Translations under genes and position numbers: made by a program
Sequence record: MN563784.1
Length of the DNA: 64,000 bases
Strand: one strand, 5' to 3'
Shown: positions 18,721 through 28,422 of the stretch, piece by piece
How the letters are laid out: each line of letters begins with the position of its first letter
Position numbering within the stretch: position 1 is the stretch's first letter
Notes under the pieces: generated by a model
Database searches by the model: none
Told to the model about the DNA's origin: nothing
Seen by the model: the letters and a program-made list of their open reading frames with translations, nothing else

Positions 18721-19215
18721 TTATTGTTGAATTAGTTTTTCGTCCCAACCAGCTTCTCGAAGAGTGCCGATCATCGCTAGGATTACACCATCAATACCGC
18801 GTTCAATAGCACCTTCAATACCAGTGTATTTAGTAACAAGTTCACTGATGAGTTTTAGTTCATCTTCATTATTTGCTGGACCAGCCTTACCTTGATGTTG
18901 TGCATATAGGACACTGATAATTTTAGTTAGTCGATTAAGGTCAGCAATAACTGTTTGTAGGTTCTTTTGGAATCCAGTAGGATCAGATAACGTCGGAATG
19001 ATTTCATTGATCTTATTGATAACTGGATTAATGAATACTTCAGTTTGTAGAATACGTTTACCTACGGAACCTGCTAGTACATTGACAACATCCCAACCAT
19101 CACGGTTAAGAATATGATCAGCTGCGGCAGCTGATGCTCCAACTGCACGTTCAAATAGACGTAGAGTCTTTTCCTGTTCTTTAGTTAGAGTTGGTTCTTT
19201 AGCTTTATTTGACAT
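18721..19215 (-). CDS. hypothetical protein (phiKZ gp78-like position)
   Basis: 164-aa ORF with GGAG RBS, co-oriented with gp77. Confidence 0.8.
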   Translation of the reverse strand: MSNKAKEPTLTKEQEKTLRLFERAVGASAAAADHILNRDGWDVVNVLAGSVGKRILQTEVFINPVINKINEIIPTLSDPTGFQKNLQTVIADLNRLTKIISVLYAQHQGKAGPANNEDELKLISELVTKYTGIEGAIERGIDGVILAMIGTLREAGWDEKLIQQ

Positions 19216-19353
19216 CTTGTTATACTCCGATAGAGGCTTAATTTAATATTTGCCAATATAAATTGACAAATGAAAAAAATGATTAGTTCAACATATATTT
19301 AACACATTTGGTAATTTTACACTATATTAAAGAATAACTATCTGTCCAACCCT

Positions 19354-20244
19354 ATGTTAATAATTCCGTATAAAAAGGATATCGTCATGAAAGATTTCAT
19401 TGATAGTTATCTTACGCCTCTTATACATGAAGAGCGTAAAGAAGTTATCCTAGACTGTGTAGCATCTTTTGAAAAGATCAATTATGTTGCAGCTCTAGAT
19501 GAACTAAATACAGTATGTCAGATTCAATCAGGTATCTCAGATAATGCAATGCTTCTTTCTCGCATTGATGATATCATTCGCATTGCACAAGATGAAATTC
19601 TAAATGAACATCTTATTAAAATTAGTGATGAAGCAACTCAGGCTGAACGGCAAGCTGTTGTTAATACACTCCTTAGTTTAGAAGATTACATTATTCCAGA
19701 TGAAGTGAATGATATTCTGTTAGCCGAATATTCACCCGAAGAGACGTTAGCACATCTGGTAGAACTTATCGATACAAGTGTAGATTTCTTAAATATCATT
19801 GACTTAATTGAAAGTGTATCACCAACACTTATTAATAATATTACATCATTTATTCAGTCAGTACTTACTACCCGTGGTCAAGCATATGGCAATGTAAGTA
19901 ATGTCGAACGGATTAATTTAATTAATCGCCTTATTCGTATTCATACGCGGGCATCATTTAAGTTAGCTATGGAACTAGTTAATGCAGGATTACGTGTTGG
20001 TAAAAGGAATATTGATGACCTATTACAAATTTCATTTGGCCCATTAGATGCTATGACGCCTATTGAAGTTGCTAAAGAAATTGTCGGATTGGTATTAATT
20101 TCAAATACTGAACAGAATGAAATTAGTAGAACCGTAATGAGTATTATAGATGATTTCACATCTAACAATATTGAACGATCTATTATGGAAAATGAAGCTA
20201 AAAAGATTTTAAATAGCATAGGTGATACTAATGAAATTACGTGA
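19354..20244 (+). CDS. hypothetical protein (phiKZ gp79-like position)
   Basis: 296-aa helical ORF (ATG 19387 is an alternative start), overlapping the start of gp80. Confidence 0.8.
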   Translation: MLIIPYKKDIVMKDFIDSYLTPLIHEERKEVILDCVASFEKINYVAALDELNTVCQIQSGISDNAMLLSRIDDIIRIAQDEILNEHLIKISDEATQAERQAVVNTLLSLEDYIIPDEVNDILLAEYSPEETLAHLVELIDTSVDFLNIIDLIESVSPTLINNITSFIQSVLTTRGQAYGNVSNVERINLINRLIRIHTRASFKLAMELVNAGLRVGKRNIDDLLQISFGPLDAMTPIEVAKEIVGLVLISNTEQNEISRTVMSIIDDFTSNNIERSIMENEAKKILNSIGDTNEIT

Positions 20245-21580
20245 TTATTTTCTAATGGGTATCAATGCTGGATTAGATAAGAAACGAGCATGGGTTAACG
20301 TTTTATTTAATATCGTTTATAACCCAAATGATGGTGGTGAATATCTATACAAGCCATATTTCAAAGATGGTAAAATGTTCTTCTATAAAGAAGGCGATTC
20401 TAATGATGAAGTTGTTTATATCGACGATTATATTGAAGGTAAACAACCATTAGCATTTCGAGATGAATTCATTTTACAACCTGGTGAAATTGAAAACTAT
20501 AAAGGACCAGGTGCATTAAGAACAACTTATGGTAACGTTTTTGTTAACCATTTAGTATTATGTTTACCTTTTGGTGATCTGTTCCCATTCCAATCTGGTT
20601 ATTTCGATATTGGTAAAGTTGAGAAAGAAATTCTTAACCGCATGATCGATGATCCAATTGATGATGATAATCCACCGCGTGCAACTGATGGTAAGTTATA
20701 TGTATGGCAATATCGGATGTTTGCAGATCATTGTTTAGCATTGCCAGCATATGCCAGTACCTTGGTAACATCCATTACTGAGAAATCAATGACCTCTGCA
20801 CCAGACAGAGATAAGTTACGTAAAGAACTAGAAGAGAAATATAAAGATCGGTTAGATGATCCGGCTGTTATTGCAGAAATGGGTAATGCATTAATCAAGC
20901 TAGATGAGGACTATCTAAAAGACGATCCTTCTTATGAGTTCTATGACACTAAACATAGTAAATTATTTGGTGGCGTGCGTAAGAAAGTATTTGGTATGTT
21001 TGGTGGGGAAGCGCCATTCCAAGATGGTACATCAGTTGAATATATCGGTAAATCATTGGAAGAAGGCATTGACACTGACCATATGCCAGTAATGAATAAC
21101 TCATTACGTTATGGTTCATATAACCGTGGTGCACAAACAGCCCTAGGCGGTGAGTCAACTAAAACGATTTATCGAATGGTTGGTACAGTCAGGATTATTA
21201 TGGAAGACTGCAATACATGGATAGGTATTCCAACTACTGTTCACCAATTTAATAAGAAAGATTTCATTGGCTTGTCTTATGTTAAGAATGGGAAATCTAT
21301 CCTTATTGAAGAAACTAATATTGATGAACTAGTTGGCACTGAGATTGAACTACGTGGTCCAATGACATGTAAGGCCGGTGGTGATCCAGCTAATGGTGTA
21401 ATAGGTAGAGGTAAGAACGTATGTGCTGTCTGTATGGGTAAACAAATGTCAGAGAACCCCAATGGCATTCCGGCAGCAGCAGCAGGTGTTGGTGGTCGAT
21501 TCCTATCCATCTTCATGTCTAAAATGCACAGTGCTGTTCTTAAGACTGTTAAATGGTCTTATCGCGATCGCATCAGTTAA
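20231..21580 (+). CDS. virion RNA polymerase beta' subunit C-terminal part (phiKZ gp80)
   Basis: Zn ligands MEDC, PMTC, VCAVCMG; bridge-helix-like YNRGAQTALGG; trigger-loop-like FMSKMH. Recognised as gp80. Confidence 0.88.
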   Translation: MKLRDYFLMGINAGLDKKRAWVNVLFNIVYNPNDGGEYLYKPYFKDGKMFFYKEGDSNDEVVYIDDYIEGKQPLAFRDEFILQPGEIENYKGPGALRTTYGNVFVNHLVLCLPFGDLFPFQSGYFDIGKVEKEILNRMIDDPIDDDNPPRATDGKLYVWQYRMFADHCLALPAYASTLVTSITEKSMTSAPDRDKLRKELEEKYKDRLDDPAVIAEMGNALIKLDEDYLKDDPSYEFYDTKHSKLFGGVRKKVFGMFGGEAPFQDGTSVEYIGKSLEEGIDTDHMPVMNNSLRYGSYNRGAQTALGGESTKTIYRMVGTVRIIMEDCNTWIGIPTTVHQFNKKDFIGLSYVKNGKSILIEETNIDELVGTEIELRGPMTCKAGGDPANGVIGRGKNVCAVCMGKQMSENPNGIPAAAAGVGGRFLSIFMSKMHSAVLKTVKWSYRDRIS

Positions 21581-21642
21581 AATAGATGGAGAAGTTACTC
21601 AGCTTCTCCATTATTTAGATTATAACCCGAAAGGAACTAGTA

Positions 21643-23064
21643 ATGTCTAAAAAGAATCAACGATTTGGAAAGTTTCCTCAACTCAATCGTTTACCTGAAA
21701 AACCTATTGTCAAAGACGAAGTTTTATCAGAAGTAACTGAAGATAAGCCAACTTCTGAAATTGGTCGAGGATTAACAAATATTGAATTAGTATCTCCTGA
21801 GGAAGTATATGCTACAGCAGATGATATTAATTCTTCAGTTAATACAGTTAACGATACCTCAGAATTAGCTAAAGTTAATGTAAATGCACTGCGTACTGAC
21901 CATGATATTCCTGAAACATGGACAGATGAAAACGTCATTGAATGGTTTACCAATGATGGCATTGCTAAAGGTAAAACTGAACTCGGTAGCTTTGTATTTG
22001 ACCCAACCCGTAAATATCGTCCTTATGATGAATGGTCAGATGATGAACTAATCGATGCTGCTAACCATCGTCTAACTGGTGTAGTTAATGATATCGCAGA
22101 TATTGCTGATGATATTTTAACTAAACGGGCTAAAGAGAATGAGACTACTGAGGAAGTAATTGTACCGGTAGTTAATGAAGATACTCTGAAACAAGATATT
22201 CGCAATACTGAAGACAGTATCAAGCTTGAAGAATTAGTCAAGCAACTGCGTATTCACACTAGTAATATTCCACTAGATTGGTCTACCCAAGAAGTGGTTG
22301 ATTTTGTTAAACAAGGTATTACCCCACCAAAAACACTACGTGGTAGTTGGGTCAATAGTGTTATTCGTGATAATGCTCCACCTACCGATTGGACGACAGC
22401 AGAGCTTGAAGACTGGGCTGAAGGACTTATTAAAAATAGTAATCTGATAAAAGATTTTAAAATTGCTATTGAGTTACGCGATCGTTTATTCTTACCTACC
22501 ACTAGTCAAGATATTGAAACTATTGTTGAGCAATGGAAAGTATTCTCTGGTAAAGATGATATTAAACCAACCGGGGAAGTTAAAATCTTGAATAGTGAAT
22601 CAACATCTAATGAACCTGTACTTCGTAAAGGTATGACCAAAATGAACCAAGTATTTATCGAATCTCGTCTAGAGCAGTTTGCCACTGGTGCTAAACCTGG
22701 TGACTATATCACTATCGAACGTGGTGGCGATGCACAAAAGAAACTAGATGATGTATTCAACTACGTAATGACAATCGAAGATATTGAAGGCTTTAAATCA
22801 GGCATGGATATTATCTTTGATTTCGTTAAGAAAAATCGTAATACTCTATTTAGTGAATCTAACGCACTTCGCTTTGTTGCTACTCTACCTACTCAGAATA
22901 ACCGTCAAGAAGCACACATTAATCTTCTTACTCTATTCTGCCTATTTACTAGTGATGTATCAGATGCGCTTTATCAGGTAGATATTAACTATCTTGCACG
23001 TTTCATCCCTGAAGGTAAGCGGCAACTCGTTCTACACTTCTTCCGGCAGAAAGCTGGTATGTAA
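21643..23064 (+). CDS. hypothetical protein with internal duplication (phiKZ gp81-like)
   Basis: 473 aa, AAGGA RBS; two ~55-aa Trp-containing repeats. Confidence 0.8.
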   Translation: MSKKNQRFGKFPQLNRLPEKPIVKDEVLSEVTEDKPTSEIGRGLTNIELVSPEEVYATADDINSSVNTVNDTSELAKVNVNALRTDHDIPETWTDENVIEWFTNDGIAKGKTELGSFVFDPTRKYRPYDEWSDDELIDAANHRLTGVVNDIADIADDILTKRAKENETTEEVIVPVVNEDTLKQDIRNTEDSIKLEELVKQLRIHTSNIPLDWSTQEVVDFVKQGITPPKTLRGSWVNSVIRDNAPPTDWTTAELEDWAEGLIKNSNLIKDFKIAIELRDRLFLPTTSQDIETIVEQWKVFSGKDDIKPTGEVKILNSESTSNEPVLRKGMTKMNQVFIESRLEQFATGAKPGDYITIERGGDAQKKLDDVFNYVMTIEDIEGFKSGMDIIFDFVKKNRNTLFSESNALRFVATLPTQNNRQEAHINLLTLFCLFTSDVSDALYQVDINYLARFIPEGKRQLVLHFFRQKAGM

Positions 23065-23071
23065 ACATATT

Positions 23072-23095
23072 GCCTCCCCTAGGGGAGGCTTTATG
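23072..23095. terminator. palindromic stem-loop followed by TTATG
   Basis: GCCTCCCCTAGGGGAGGC is a perfect 18-bp palindrome; CATAT before it, TTTATG after it. Confidence 0.65.
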
Positions 23096-23165
23096 CTGAT
23101 TATTACTTTTACTAGGCACTAATATAGTACGTAGATAAATATCAATATGTGCTGAGGTTATAGCA

Positions 23166-25082
23166 ATGTCTAATGAACAACAGGTTACAAATAAGAAAAA
23201 GATTAAGGGCATTGAAGCCAAACATATTACTTATTGTACTGATCAATTTGGTAAGTTTACAGATGCGCATTTCGTTAAAGAACGAATTCATTTTGAAGAT
23301 GGTACAACTGCAAATAATTTAAGGATGTGGGAAAACTACCAGCGTCCTTTTTGGATTACCGCAAAAGGAATGCGTAACCATAAAGAAAAGAAAGATTACG
23401 AATATGAGCGTAACTTAGTTAAATACATGTCAACTCAAATTGACATGAAACGTAAGATTAGTAAAATCCTAGGTGACTATTCGGCTAGATCTCTTCGTCA
23501 ACTAGCGCGTAGTCCTTACCTATATGGCAGTGATGTTAGTTCAACCTGTTATCTGAAGCATGATTATCAAGAACGTTATCCTGGTCTAATCTCTCTAAAC
23601 ACTGTTGCTGGCGGTGACATCGAAACCAACGTTTATGAAGCTGAGAACGATGGCCAGATTATCTGTATGTCAGTTACACATAAGAACAAAGCTTTCCTAG
23701 CCTATTTAAAACGATGGGTTAGTGATATTGAAGATCCAGTGAAAGAGACATTAGAACAAGCACAAAAAGAAGAGGTATTATCACATCTAATTAAAGAACG
23801 TGGTCTAGATATTGAAGTAATGGTTGTTGAAACACCAGTAGATATTATTATTGAATGTTTTAAACGACTACATACCTGGAAACCAGATTTCTTCGCATTC
23901 TGGAATATTAGCTTCGACATTGGTAGAATCTTAAAAACATTAGAACACTATGGTGTTAATCCAGCTGATGTTTTTTCTGATCCATCGGTACCTAAGAATT
24001 ATAGGTATTTCCATTTTAAGATTGATGAACCTATGACCACCACTGCATCTGGGGTCACTAAATCTAAAGGACCGGAGGATCAATGGCATTGGATTACAGC
24101 ACCCTCTAGTTTTCAATGTATCGATTCTATGTCAACTTATCGAGTAACTCGATTAGCTAAAGGACGTGATCCTAACTATCGGTTAGAGTCTATTCTTAGA
24201 AAAGAACTAAACATCGATAAATCCACGACCATTAAAAATGATAAGGACTTAGAAGATTTTATTGAAGGTTTTAATAAACAACTAGTTGACCGACCAGGCG
24301 GCGTTATTACTAAATATATTAAAAATGTAGGTAGTAATGAATGGGTACCGGTGGATGATTTTATATTAAATGATAACTTTACCTATGGTGATTCTATTAG
24401 ATATGTAATGGAATTTGGTAAGTTAACCTTTAAAGAAACTGCACATCTTGGTGGTATCGATTGGCACCGTGAGATGCAGACTAAGCATAAAATCAAATAT
24501 GGTCTTTATAACATCATCGACTCCATTCGACTAGAACAACTTGATGAACAAGTAAATGACCTTGGTCGCTCTATAAGTCTATTCTCTAAGGCATCTGACT
24601 ATAAGAACTTTAGTTCTAACCCAAAACGACTATGTGACGATATGCACTTCTGGTATTTGAATAGACCAGAGCCATGTGTCATTGGTTCAAGTTCAGATCA
24701 GATGGTGCATGAACTTGATCAATATGTTATTGGCCATAATGATTGGATTGTTACACTACCATCATACATGGCAGGTCCAAATGGATTGCAGTGTGTTAAA
24801 GATTTACCGAATTATAAAACCTTAATCTTCTGTCATATCGCCGACCTTGACATCGTGTCGACATATCCTAACGTTAGTCAGATTCTAAATATTGCACGTG
24901 AAACATGTGTGATGGAATTCTCAATGATGGAAGGAATTAGTGAACACCATCGCCGTGAAGTTGGCGTAAACTTAACAGGTGGTAGGGTTAATGCTATTGA
25001 AATCACACAGAAGATCATGGGTGCTCCTAAAATGGACACCCTGCTAGAGAAGTTTATTAATACCTATAAGAACCCAAAGTAA
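23166..25082 (+). CDS. split family-B DNA polymerase, 3'-5' exonuclease-containing part (phiKZ gp82)
   Basis: Exo I GDIET, Exo II FWNISFD, Exo III YNIID, PolB motif A DLDIVSTYPN; ends before motifs B and C. Confidence 0.85.
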   Translation: MSNEQQVTNKKKIKGIEAKHITYCTDQFGKFTDAHFVKERIHFEDGTTANNLRMWENYQRPFWITAKGMRNHKEKKDYEYERNLVKYMSTQIDMKRKISKILGDYSARSLRQLARSPYLYGSDVSSTCYLKHDYQERYPGLISLNTVAGGDIETNVYEAENDGQIICMSVTHKNKAFLAYLKRWVSDIEDPVKETLEQAQKEEVLSHLIKERGLDIEVMVVETPVDIIIECFKRLHTWKPDFFAFWNISFDIGRILKTLEHYGVNPADVFSDPSVPKNYRYFHFKIDEPMTTTASGVTKSKGPEDQWHWITAPSSFQCIDSMSTYRVTRLAKGRDPNYRLESILRKELNIDKSTTIKNDKDLEDFIEGFNKQLVDRPGGVITKYIKNVGSNEWVPVDDFILNDNFTYGDSIRYVMEFGKLTFKETAHLGGIDWHREMQTKHKIKYGLYNIIDSIRLEQLDEQVNDLGRSISLFSKASDYKNFSSNPKRLCDDMHFWYLNRPEPCVIGSSSDQMVHELDQYVIGHNDWIVTLPSYMAGPNGLQCVKDLPNYKTLIFCHIADLDIVSTYPNVSQILNIARETCVMEFSMMEGISEHHRREVGVNLTGGRVNAIEITQKIMGAPKMDTLLEKFINTYKNPK

Positions 25083-25450
25083 TATATCAGTGGAAGCGCC
25101 GAGGAGGATATGAATGTTCATCTGTTGGTGACAAAAGATTCTCGGCTCTTTACGCAAGGCTTCCTGATGGCAGAACAATTGAGGAAGCTTGGCAGTTAGA
25201 TTGTAAAGGATATCGCATATACTCCAACCATTGGAAAGCTGGTAAAGGAAAACCACCACTAGACGGGTATAATCCCAAATATGATGATTATAAAAATCTG
25301 TGGAAAGTATGGGCGGTATCTAATAAACATCTAATGGATGAATTGCGTCAGAATGCAAAAGAACATGATAACTATCTTTCTGATGTTTTTGCTTCTACTG
25401 ATATTTCACAGGCACGTGCTCTAGCAGAACTACTTAATGAAGGATATTAA
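25082..25450 (+). CDS. hidden 122-aa NADAR-like protein (ADP-ribosyl glycohydrolase candidate); start codon reads ATA, so possibly a start-loss allele
   Basis: Open frame IYQWKRRGGYECSSVGDKRFSALYARLPDGRTIEEAWQLDCKGY...YKNLWKVW...LSDVFASTDISQARALAELLNEGY, TAA 25448-25450. Fills the gap between gp82 and the terminator. Family call is from motif recall. Confidence 0.65.
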   Translation: MYQWKRRGGYECSSVGDKRFSALYARLPDGRTIEEAWQLDCKGYRIYSNHWKAGKGKPPLDGYNPKYDDYKNLWKVWAVSNKHLMDELRQNAKEHDNYLSDVFASTDISQARALAELLNEGY

Positions 25451-25522
25451 AAAATGGAAGGTATTCCTAATTAAATATTATCAATTGATCATTACTGCTA
25501 ACATAAACTTCGACACATCATA

Positions 25523-25547
25523 AAACCCTCCCATTACGGGAGGGTTT
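25523..25547. terminator. bidirectional terminator-like stem-loop
   Basis: AAACCCTCCC-ATTAC-GGGAGGGTTT between convergent genes. Confidence 0.7.
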
Positions 25548-25553
25548 ATTTCG

Positions 25554-27068
25554 TTAACTAATTTGGTATTTTAAATTCTGATTACCGTTTAGAACATAAA
25601 TCTTACCGTCATTATTAAACGTATTGGCAAAACCTGCATCCACTAAACCAGTTTCTAAATTACCTAAATTTATCCATCGTGCTAATCGTGGTTCATAATA
25701 CTTAATTGGTGCGTTATTTTGATTTTCACCAGCGATTACATAAAGTTCACCAGATGGGCGTATATTAATAGCTGCACCAAGAGGTATACCTGTAGTTATT
25801 GGTTTGGACCAATTATTGTTGGTTTGATTGTACGATATGATTCCAGTGTTAACACCAGCACCAACCGTACCACCAATAACGCATACGCTATTATTATAAA
25901 TACTCACTGAATAATCTTGGGTATATTCCCCAGTATCATTAAATGCTGCACCACTGGTATATGTATCTGTAGTTGGATTGTACATTAATGTAAATCCACG
26001 ATTATTTGTCGCAGTTGTATCAGCTGCACCTAATATGTAGATTAACCCATTAAGACTAGTTCCACGTGCATACCGGCAAGCTATCGTGCCTGGTGATTTT
26101 ATTTCCCATGTATTAGTTGCAGGATCATAACACTGCATATCTTTAGTAAGTACACCATCTGTGGCACTTTCACCACCATAGAAATATACTTTACCATTAA
26201 ATGCAACAGCCGAGCATTGTTTAACTGCTATAGGCGTACCAGTTGGTTGTAATGTTGTTAACTTACCCGTGACTAAATTCAGTGTACGTAGAGCAGTATT
26301 AGCATTATTCTTACCACCGTAATAATAGACTAAGTTACCTATTTGGGCACCTGCTGCCATTTCGTTATCAGTTTCAAAATCAGTAAGTTTAATAACATTA
26401 TCTTTAACGAATGGATATGTACCACTAGCATAAACCACTGGACGCCAACCTTGGGTTGCAGCACCCGTTTCACTACTTGACGAGCTAGTTATATCAATCG
26501 CATAGTAGCCACGATAGAGCTGGTCATTAACTGGATCACTACCTGGGTCTCTTCCCCAGTTAGTAGTACCATCAGTGCTAATACCACCAGCGACCGCTTG
26601 GTTAATACCTAAGTCATTATCTGTAAATTTATAAGGCCAGTTAGCACCATTTAAATTAGATACGTGAACATTATAAAGTAACCTTTGCCATTCTGATGTG
26701 GCACCAGCCATTGTTAATAAACCAAATTTATAAATGTTCCCCATAAATCTAACTTCATAGTCACCATTACGGAGTCCGGCATTATTAAGCCGTGATTTTT
26801 GTATTGATTTACGAGCTGGTTTCTTTGGTATGTAACAAGTAACATTTTTATTAGAGAACTTTAACCATGGTTGTCCATCATTGATTACTGTTCCAAATGT
26901 CATATTAACTAATTTAGCTGCATCATCATAACCAAATAATTCTGAAGATGTTGTTTCACCATACAAACCTAATTCCCTTGTCCCAGCTATCAGTGTTTTA
27001 GGACCTGGATAAGGATCGGAATATATAGGCGTATTTGTTAGTCCAGAAGACAACAATAACTCAAACAT
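25554..27068 (-). CDS. virion protein with C-terminal Kelch-like beta-propeller (phiKZ gp83-like)
   Basis: 504 aa; repeats with a Kelch-type spacing of about 47-50 aa: VYYYGG, VYFYGG...YDPATNTW, IYILGA...YNPTTDTY, VCVIGG...YNQTNNNW, LYVIAG...YEPRLARW. Confidence 0.75.
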   Translation of the reverse strand: MFELLLSSGLTNTPIYSDPYPGPKTLIAGTRELGLYGETTSSELFGYDDAAKLVNMTFGTVINDGQPWLKFSNKNVTCYIPKKPARKSIQKSRLNNAGLRNGDYEVRFMGNIYKFGLLTMAGATSEWQRLLYNVHVSNLNGANWPYKFTDNDLGINQAVAGGISTDGTTNWGRDPGSDPVNDQLYRGYYAIDITSSSSSETGAATQGWRPVVYASGTYPFVKDNVIKLTDFETDNEMAAGAQIGNLVYYYGGKNNANTALRTLNLVTGKLTTLQPTGTPIAVKQCSAVAFNGKVYFYGGESATDGVLTKDMQCYDPATNTWEIKSPGTIACRYARGTSLNGLIYILGAADTTATNNRGFTLMYNPTTDTYTSGAAFNDTGEYTQDYSVSIYNNSVCVIGGTVGAGVNTGIISYNQTNNNWSKPITTGIPLGAAINIRPSGELYVIAGENQNNAPIKYYEPRLARWINLGNLETGLVDAGFANTFNNDGKIYVLNGNQNLKYQIS

Positions 27069-27169
27069 TTTGTGTGCGCCTCTTTTATAATACGTAGTGC
27101 ATAAGATTGAATTCTATACAACGCAGCCTTATCTTTATGATTATAAATTAATACTGGTAGAGATATAAA

Positions 27170-28411
27170 ATGCTACATACGATAGAAATCTCTAATGAAG
27201 TGTTAGATGTGAATGTTAAGCGTGACTTAGGTCCATTGATCGAAGAACATCTAACCAAGATTCGTGATAAATTAGATAATCAACAGAGAATAGATATTAA
27301 TGATTTTAGGTCACTGAGTGATGATGTTTCTAAGATCCTCAATATGAATATAGAGTTTACACACCTGGATGATCAGGGTATAATGGGTGGTGCATACACA
27401 TCCTTTACAGTTGGACATACTGGTAGTAAATTTGACAATATTAATCGAGTTACTTTAGCAACTGAGCAAGGTGTCAATACATTCATTAATATTGATTTAA
27501 CAAATTTAAAAGTTACGGGTGAGGCTGTTTCAACTTTTAAATACAAGGTCGGTTTATCTATTGGTTTATTATCGGCTATTAACCGTGTTAGTATAGCAGA
27601 AGCTACTGCCATTACATTACATGAAATTGGGCATTGTTGGGAAACACTGGCTACAATGGGTGACTACGTCTATCTTAACTATGCACTTACTGAAGGTATA
27701 CTTATCTTACAGGGTAGGAAAGCTAATAAGTATAAGATTCAATTATTGGATGAAACATGGTTAAAGAAAAACGTTGATCCAGCCGATTATGAGAAGTTTG
27801 CTAATGATAGGACTGAAGGAAATATTCGTAAAGTCATTCTATCATCATTTAAGAAAGCGCAACGTCCGCATTTAACTGGTGATGTTCAATCACGTAAACG
27901 CGATGAACAATTAGCTGATTTATTCGCCACTCGATTAGGTTATGGAAGGCCACTGGCAACGGCATTAACTAAATCAGGTCGGTATTATAATGACCGTGAA
28001 TATAAATCTGTTTCTAGCCATATTACTGCTGAGGTATTCAAAGGTCTATTTATGATCATTGGTTTACCTGTTACACTAGGTATCATTGCCGGTAATTTAA
28101 AAGTTGGATATGATCCAATTAGTTCACGTTATGACAAACAACGACAACGTTTAATGAAAATTAAACAAGATCTAGTAGCACAACTTAAATGGGTAAAGGA
28201 CTCATCACTAAAACCAGGAATTGATGATGACATTAAAGTAATTGATTCATTGATAAATGATTTAGCTAATGAGTGGACCATTTTTGATAAAATTTTAGAT
28301 TTCCTTAGTCCCCAGCGTCGTAAAGATAAACGGGCTACTGAATTAGAAGATACTTTAGAAAGTCTATTAAATAATGACTTATTTGTAAGAGCCTACCGCT
28401 TAACTAAATAG
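27170..28411 (+). CDS. virion head protein with HExxH zinc-peptidase motif (phiKZ gp84-like)
   Basis: LHEIGH plus downstream EQLADLFATRLGYGRPLATAL; hydrophobic segment VFKGLFMIIGLPVTLGIIAG. Confidence 0.8.
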   Translation: MLHTIEISNEVLDVNVKRDLGPLIEEHLTKIRDKLDNQQRIDINDFRSLSDDVSKILNMNIEFTHLDDQGIMGGAYTSFTVGHTGSKFDNINRVTLATEQGVNTFINIDLTNLKVTGEAVSTFKYKVGLSIGLLSAINRVSIAEATAITLHEIGHCWETLATMGDYVYLNYALTEGILILQGRKANKYKIQLLDETWLKKNVDPADYEKFANDRTEGNIRKVILSSFKKAQRPHLTGDVQSRKRDEQLADLFATRLGYGRPLATALTKSGRYYNDREYKSVSSHITAEVFKGLFMIIGLPVTLGIIAGNLKVGYDPISSRYDKQRQRLMKIKQDLVAQLKWVKDSSLKPGIDDDIKVIDSLINDLANEWTIFDKILDFLSPQRRKDKRATELEDTLESLLNNDLFVRAYRLTK

Positions 28412-28422
28412 AGAGAAAAATC

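Noticed and set aside
25101-25199. GAGGAGG followed by ATG 25110 giving a 29-aa peptide
   Set aside because: SD-ATG spacing is only 2 nt, and the sequence is explained by the RGGY codons of the 122-aa frame.
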